A stretch of 53,130 nt of DNA, filler included, from Jimgerdemannia flammicorona (lineage: Eukaryota), in assembly GCA_003990765.1 (NCBI GenBank). It is 3 parts of 3 records of this genome, joined end to end, with 100 filler letters (N's around TTAATTAATTAA, not from the genome) between each part and the next. Parts side by side here need not be neighbours in the genome. Positions count along the whole stretch, not along the records: positions 35,490 to 53,130 come from RBNJ01002463.1; 2 more parts are not named here. One strand, written 5' to 3'. The notes under the pieces were generated by a model, which was given only the letters and a program-made list of their open reading frames with translations, made no database searches and was not told the origin of the DNA. The translations under genes were made by a program, and so were the position numbers. Positions within the stretch are counted from its first letter, which is position 1. Each line of letters opens with the position of its first letter. Positions 50,320 to 53,130 of the stretch are shown piece by piece.

Positions 50320-50790
50320 CGGAGGGAGCACACAATATTTGTAGCCCTCAGCTAGCAGCAAGGGGCAGCTCCAAGCTGCCAGTGCCCGGGTCAGTGGGTG
50401 GGTTGGTGGGTGGGTCAGTGGGTCGGTGGGCAGTGGGCAGGTCAGCAGAGAGAGCGCGCAAAATTTGCAGCCCTCTGCCGGCAGCAAGGGGCAGCCCTAA
50501 GCTGCAAGTGTCCAGGTTGGGGGGGTAGGCGGAGGGAGCATACAAAATTTGTGGCCCTCCACTAGCAGTGAGGGGCAGCCCCAAGCTGTCAGTACCTGGG
50601 TCAGTGGGTGGGGTCAGTTGGCGGGCACGGGGTCAGTAGAGAGAGCACACAAAAATTTGCAGCCCTCTACTGGCAGCAAGGGGCTGCCCCAAGCCGCAAG
50701 TGTCCGGGATAGGCAGGGCAGGCGGAGGGAGCACGCAAAATTTGCGGCCCTCTGCCAGTGGCATAGGGGCAGTCCCAAGCTACCAAGAAG
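50320..50790. repeat. GC-rich minisatellite: five ~60-bp cores arranged as higher-order dimers
   Basis: The core GAGCRCRCAAAATTTGYRGCCCTC..GCAGCAAGGGGCAGCCCCAAGCTG occurs at about 50326, 50452, 50536, 50643 and 50729. Confidence 0.85.
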
Positions 50791-51068
50791 TCTGGGGCGG
50801 AGGGTTCTTCTGGTGGTCGGAGGGTGCTTCTGGTGGTTGGAGGGCATTTCCAGCAGTTGAAGTCACCAGTTCGGGTCCCATGGGCACCCCGGCCCTGTGC
50901 CACAGTGCTGCACCAGTGGTACTACAGAGCAGGACCAAGGGGCCGATAGGGCCCTGTATAATAGCTAAGCTAGTGCTACATAAGAGGTGCCCGGCCCAAC
51001 CCCCCCACATAAAACTGCCCAACCTGTACAAAATGGCTACCTAACCCTTATGAAAGATTGTCTAACCC

Positions 51069-52320
51069 TCACAAAAACTGCTCCACCTGCCGGTCCCAGG
51101 CCTTGATGAGTCTGTTGTCCATTGTGAGTGCGACAACTGTTGTGTCCGAGCTCTCCTCAAAGGCGACAGTGCCATGGTGGTCATGTGGTTAGAATAGGAT
51201 GGCCATGTTGGCTGCAAATGGGACCCTGAAACCATAGGTGAGGTCATACCAGACTCCGTCGCTATCCTCCCAGGTTGGGCCCTTCCTTTCTAGAATGTAA
51301 AACATTACCGGGGTGATGTTGTTGTCTGTGTGTGTGGGCAGAGAAAGGTTGCGCCTGACATATTCTGATGTGACGTGAGCGTATGGTTGGGTGAACCCTT
51401 GGCCCAGGACCTCATACTGCCAGGCTGTACTGGTGGATACCTGCCCTTGGTCCAGCCCCAGGAGCCCCAGCTTGGAAACCTGCCAAAACGGATGGCAACT
51501 GGTTAGTTCTTTTTTGCATTCAGAGGGGCAGAAACCCCCCAGACCACAGAAACCCCCTGGGCTGCAGCACTCCAAAAAAGTGGAGCTTCTCACCTCATAT
51601 GGTATGCTAAATTGTACCAAGAATGTATGTACAGCCATGCCGAGATCACCACTAAGCTGGCCTGCCATATGCTCTACCAATCTGCTCAAAGAACCCCAGA
51701 TCATAGCTGCCATCGCCGCACAGGCTGTGTCATGCTCGCGCACAGTTTGCTCTTCGATAACACTTCTAAAGTTCTGGTAGGGGTACAGAATCTTGTGCAT
51801 CCCTGGAATTGTATCAAAAAGAGTATGTCAGCGAAGAGTGTGATTTATCTGGGGAGGGGTTAAAAAAAAAAAGGAGACAAGTGCAGGGGATTTTGGAACT
51901 CCGGAACCCACCCTTCACCAGTGTTGCAGTATACCCAATTCCTGTCCAAACCCCCCCTCCTTGCTTTTTTTGCCCCCTCTTTCCTGCTACTCAGTATTTG
52001 ACACAATCCTCACAAATCTTGTTGATGTGGTGGCAAAGCTCATCACCGTAGAGGTTCCTTACCACTATCGCAATCACCTCTTTATGTTCATTAATAAAGA
52101 TATGGTTCTCTTTATTGTTAGTTACTCCTGCTGGCCAATGGACCCCTTGGTCAAGTACAATTGGCTCTGATTCGAATGTAGACCCCCAAGCCTTGATGAT
52201 GATGCTAATACTACTCATGCTGAACATCTTGCCCTTGAATTTCTCTATTTGATCAGATGCCAGACATGGTTGAACTTAGGTAACTTTGAACTCTCCTTTC
52301 TAATAGAACTGAGCCCTGAT
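51069..52320 (-). pseudogene. Putative TET/JBP-like 2OG-Fe(II) dioxygenase; exons 52320-51912, 51802-51594, 51479-51069
   Basis: GT-AG introns with GCTGAC/ACTAAC branch sites join the exons in frame. The last exon has N.SLPTHTDNN (HxD) ...GVWYDLTYGFRVPF..MAILF*PHDHHGTV..TTVVALT; upstream are EVIAIVVRN and KRG..G.WTGIGY. A few stops are consistent with C>T changes. Confidence 0.55.
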
Positions 52321-52334
52321 CTGAGGGACCAAGA

Positions 52335-52470
52335 TAAGTATGTGGATGGGTTGTGTGCAGGCAGGTTGTGTGCAGGCAGGTTGTGGGCAGATTGCATGCA
52401 GGTGGGTTGCATGTGGGCAGGTTGTGTATGGACAGATTGCATGTGGGTTGCATGTGGGTGTGGGTGTTTT
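52335..52470. repeat. Intronic degenerate ~11-15 bp repeat (GGTTGYRTGYRGGCA)
   Basis: ggttgtgtgcaggcaggttgtgtgcaggcaggttgtgggcagattgcatgcagg. Confidence 0.7.
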
Positions 52471-52519
52471 TTAGGGGGAGACCACATAAAAATGAAATTA
52501 AATAAAACACGGAGATGGG

Positions 52520-53130
52520 TATTTCAGAAAAAGAGCATGAGTAAGTGAGCTGTATGCTGACAAGTTGCATGCCGATGAGTTGCACGAGTTGCACAAGAAT
52601 TGCTCATGAAGGCTTGCTTCTGTTCCTTTTGAGACCTCCACCATATGATGCATTGACTCAACAGCTCAGCCACTAAAGGTATGCCCCACAACATCCACCA
52701 GTCTTTCTTCATCTTGACCAGATGTTGTGAATAAAGTTGGCAGATCTCACCATAGAGCTGTGGACTCTAAGAAAAGCATGAGGTGAATTGGATTATGCTG
52801 GGGAAGTTTAAATAAACATAAGTAAATAAGTGGCAGCCGAGTGAGCAATCTACATCTACTATCGGCTGCTCCAAAAAGACTGCTGCATACATAGCTGTGA
52901 GGTCTGTAAATTCCAAGGTCTGAAGGGCCACCATGAGTTGTTGCTGGAATTCTCCCTCATCCCCACCATCACCATCACCACCACCACCACCGTTGCCCCT
53001 TTGGCTCTTGATGAGCAGCTTGTGTGCTGTCCATATGAGAAAGAATCTAACATTGTCAGCAGAGAGTATGTTTCCACCTCGAATACTCCCTCTTTTGATG
53101 ATCATTGCAGGGTGAAAAATGAGTAGACTG
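52520..53130 (-). CDS. Upstream minus-strand exons: either the N-terminal part of the dioxygenase-like gene or a second cargo gene; product unknown
   Basis: Open frames at 52767-53105 and about 52524-52765, separated by a GT...TTCTTAG intron-like stretch. No motif recognised. Confidence 0.35.

Larger units (their letters stand above)
47098..53130 (+). mobile_element. hAT DNA transposon; left TIR at 47098, right TIR not found in the window, so the end coordinate is uncertain
   Basis: TAGTGCTCCAAATAAGTC matches the MITE TIR and is followed by a subterminal (T/C)GAATC array and then the transposase. Confidence 0.7.

Noticed and set aside
51189..51800. 203-aa ORF as a single CDS, or as a KDZ transposase
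   Set aside because: It reads through an in-frame intron (51593-51480) and lacks KDZ motifs. It is better explained as two exons of the dioxygenase-like gene.

Overview
This is a eukaryotic, almost certainly fungal, transposon-dense window. It has GT-AG introns with CTAAC-type branch sites, strong CpG depletion and C>T/G>A decay, and it consists of three contigs joined by N44-TTAATTAATTAA-N44 linkers (17647-17746, 35390-35489). From left to right it holds: a CpG-rich probable host exon; a decayed Plavaka (CACTA-like) transposase; a structurally complete DIRS1-type tyrosine-recombinase retrotransposon (ITRs, ICR, RT, RNase H, MTase-like domain, YR); four copies (A-D) of a Ty3/Gypsy family with 1.3-1.5 kb LTRs and a tRNA-Pro PBS; two hAT MITEs; a full-length L1/Tx1-like LINE; two copies of a 1.2-kb non-coding poly(A) retroposon; decayed chromovirus fragments; and an intron-containing hAT transposase pseudogene. 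Two things stand out. (1) A spliced TET/JBP-like 2OG-Fe(II) dioxygenase gene lies tail-to-tail with the hAT transposase and may be hAT cargo. (2) The Gypsy family's first ORF reconstructs as Gag-protease-Cys/His-rich insert-dUTPase-dUTPase-like, with RT reached only by a -1 frameshift at a reconstructable G_GGA_AAC slippery site followed by a hairpin. All protein calls come from motif recognition by eye; no database searches were run.
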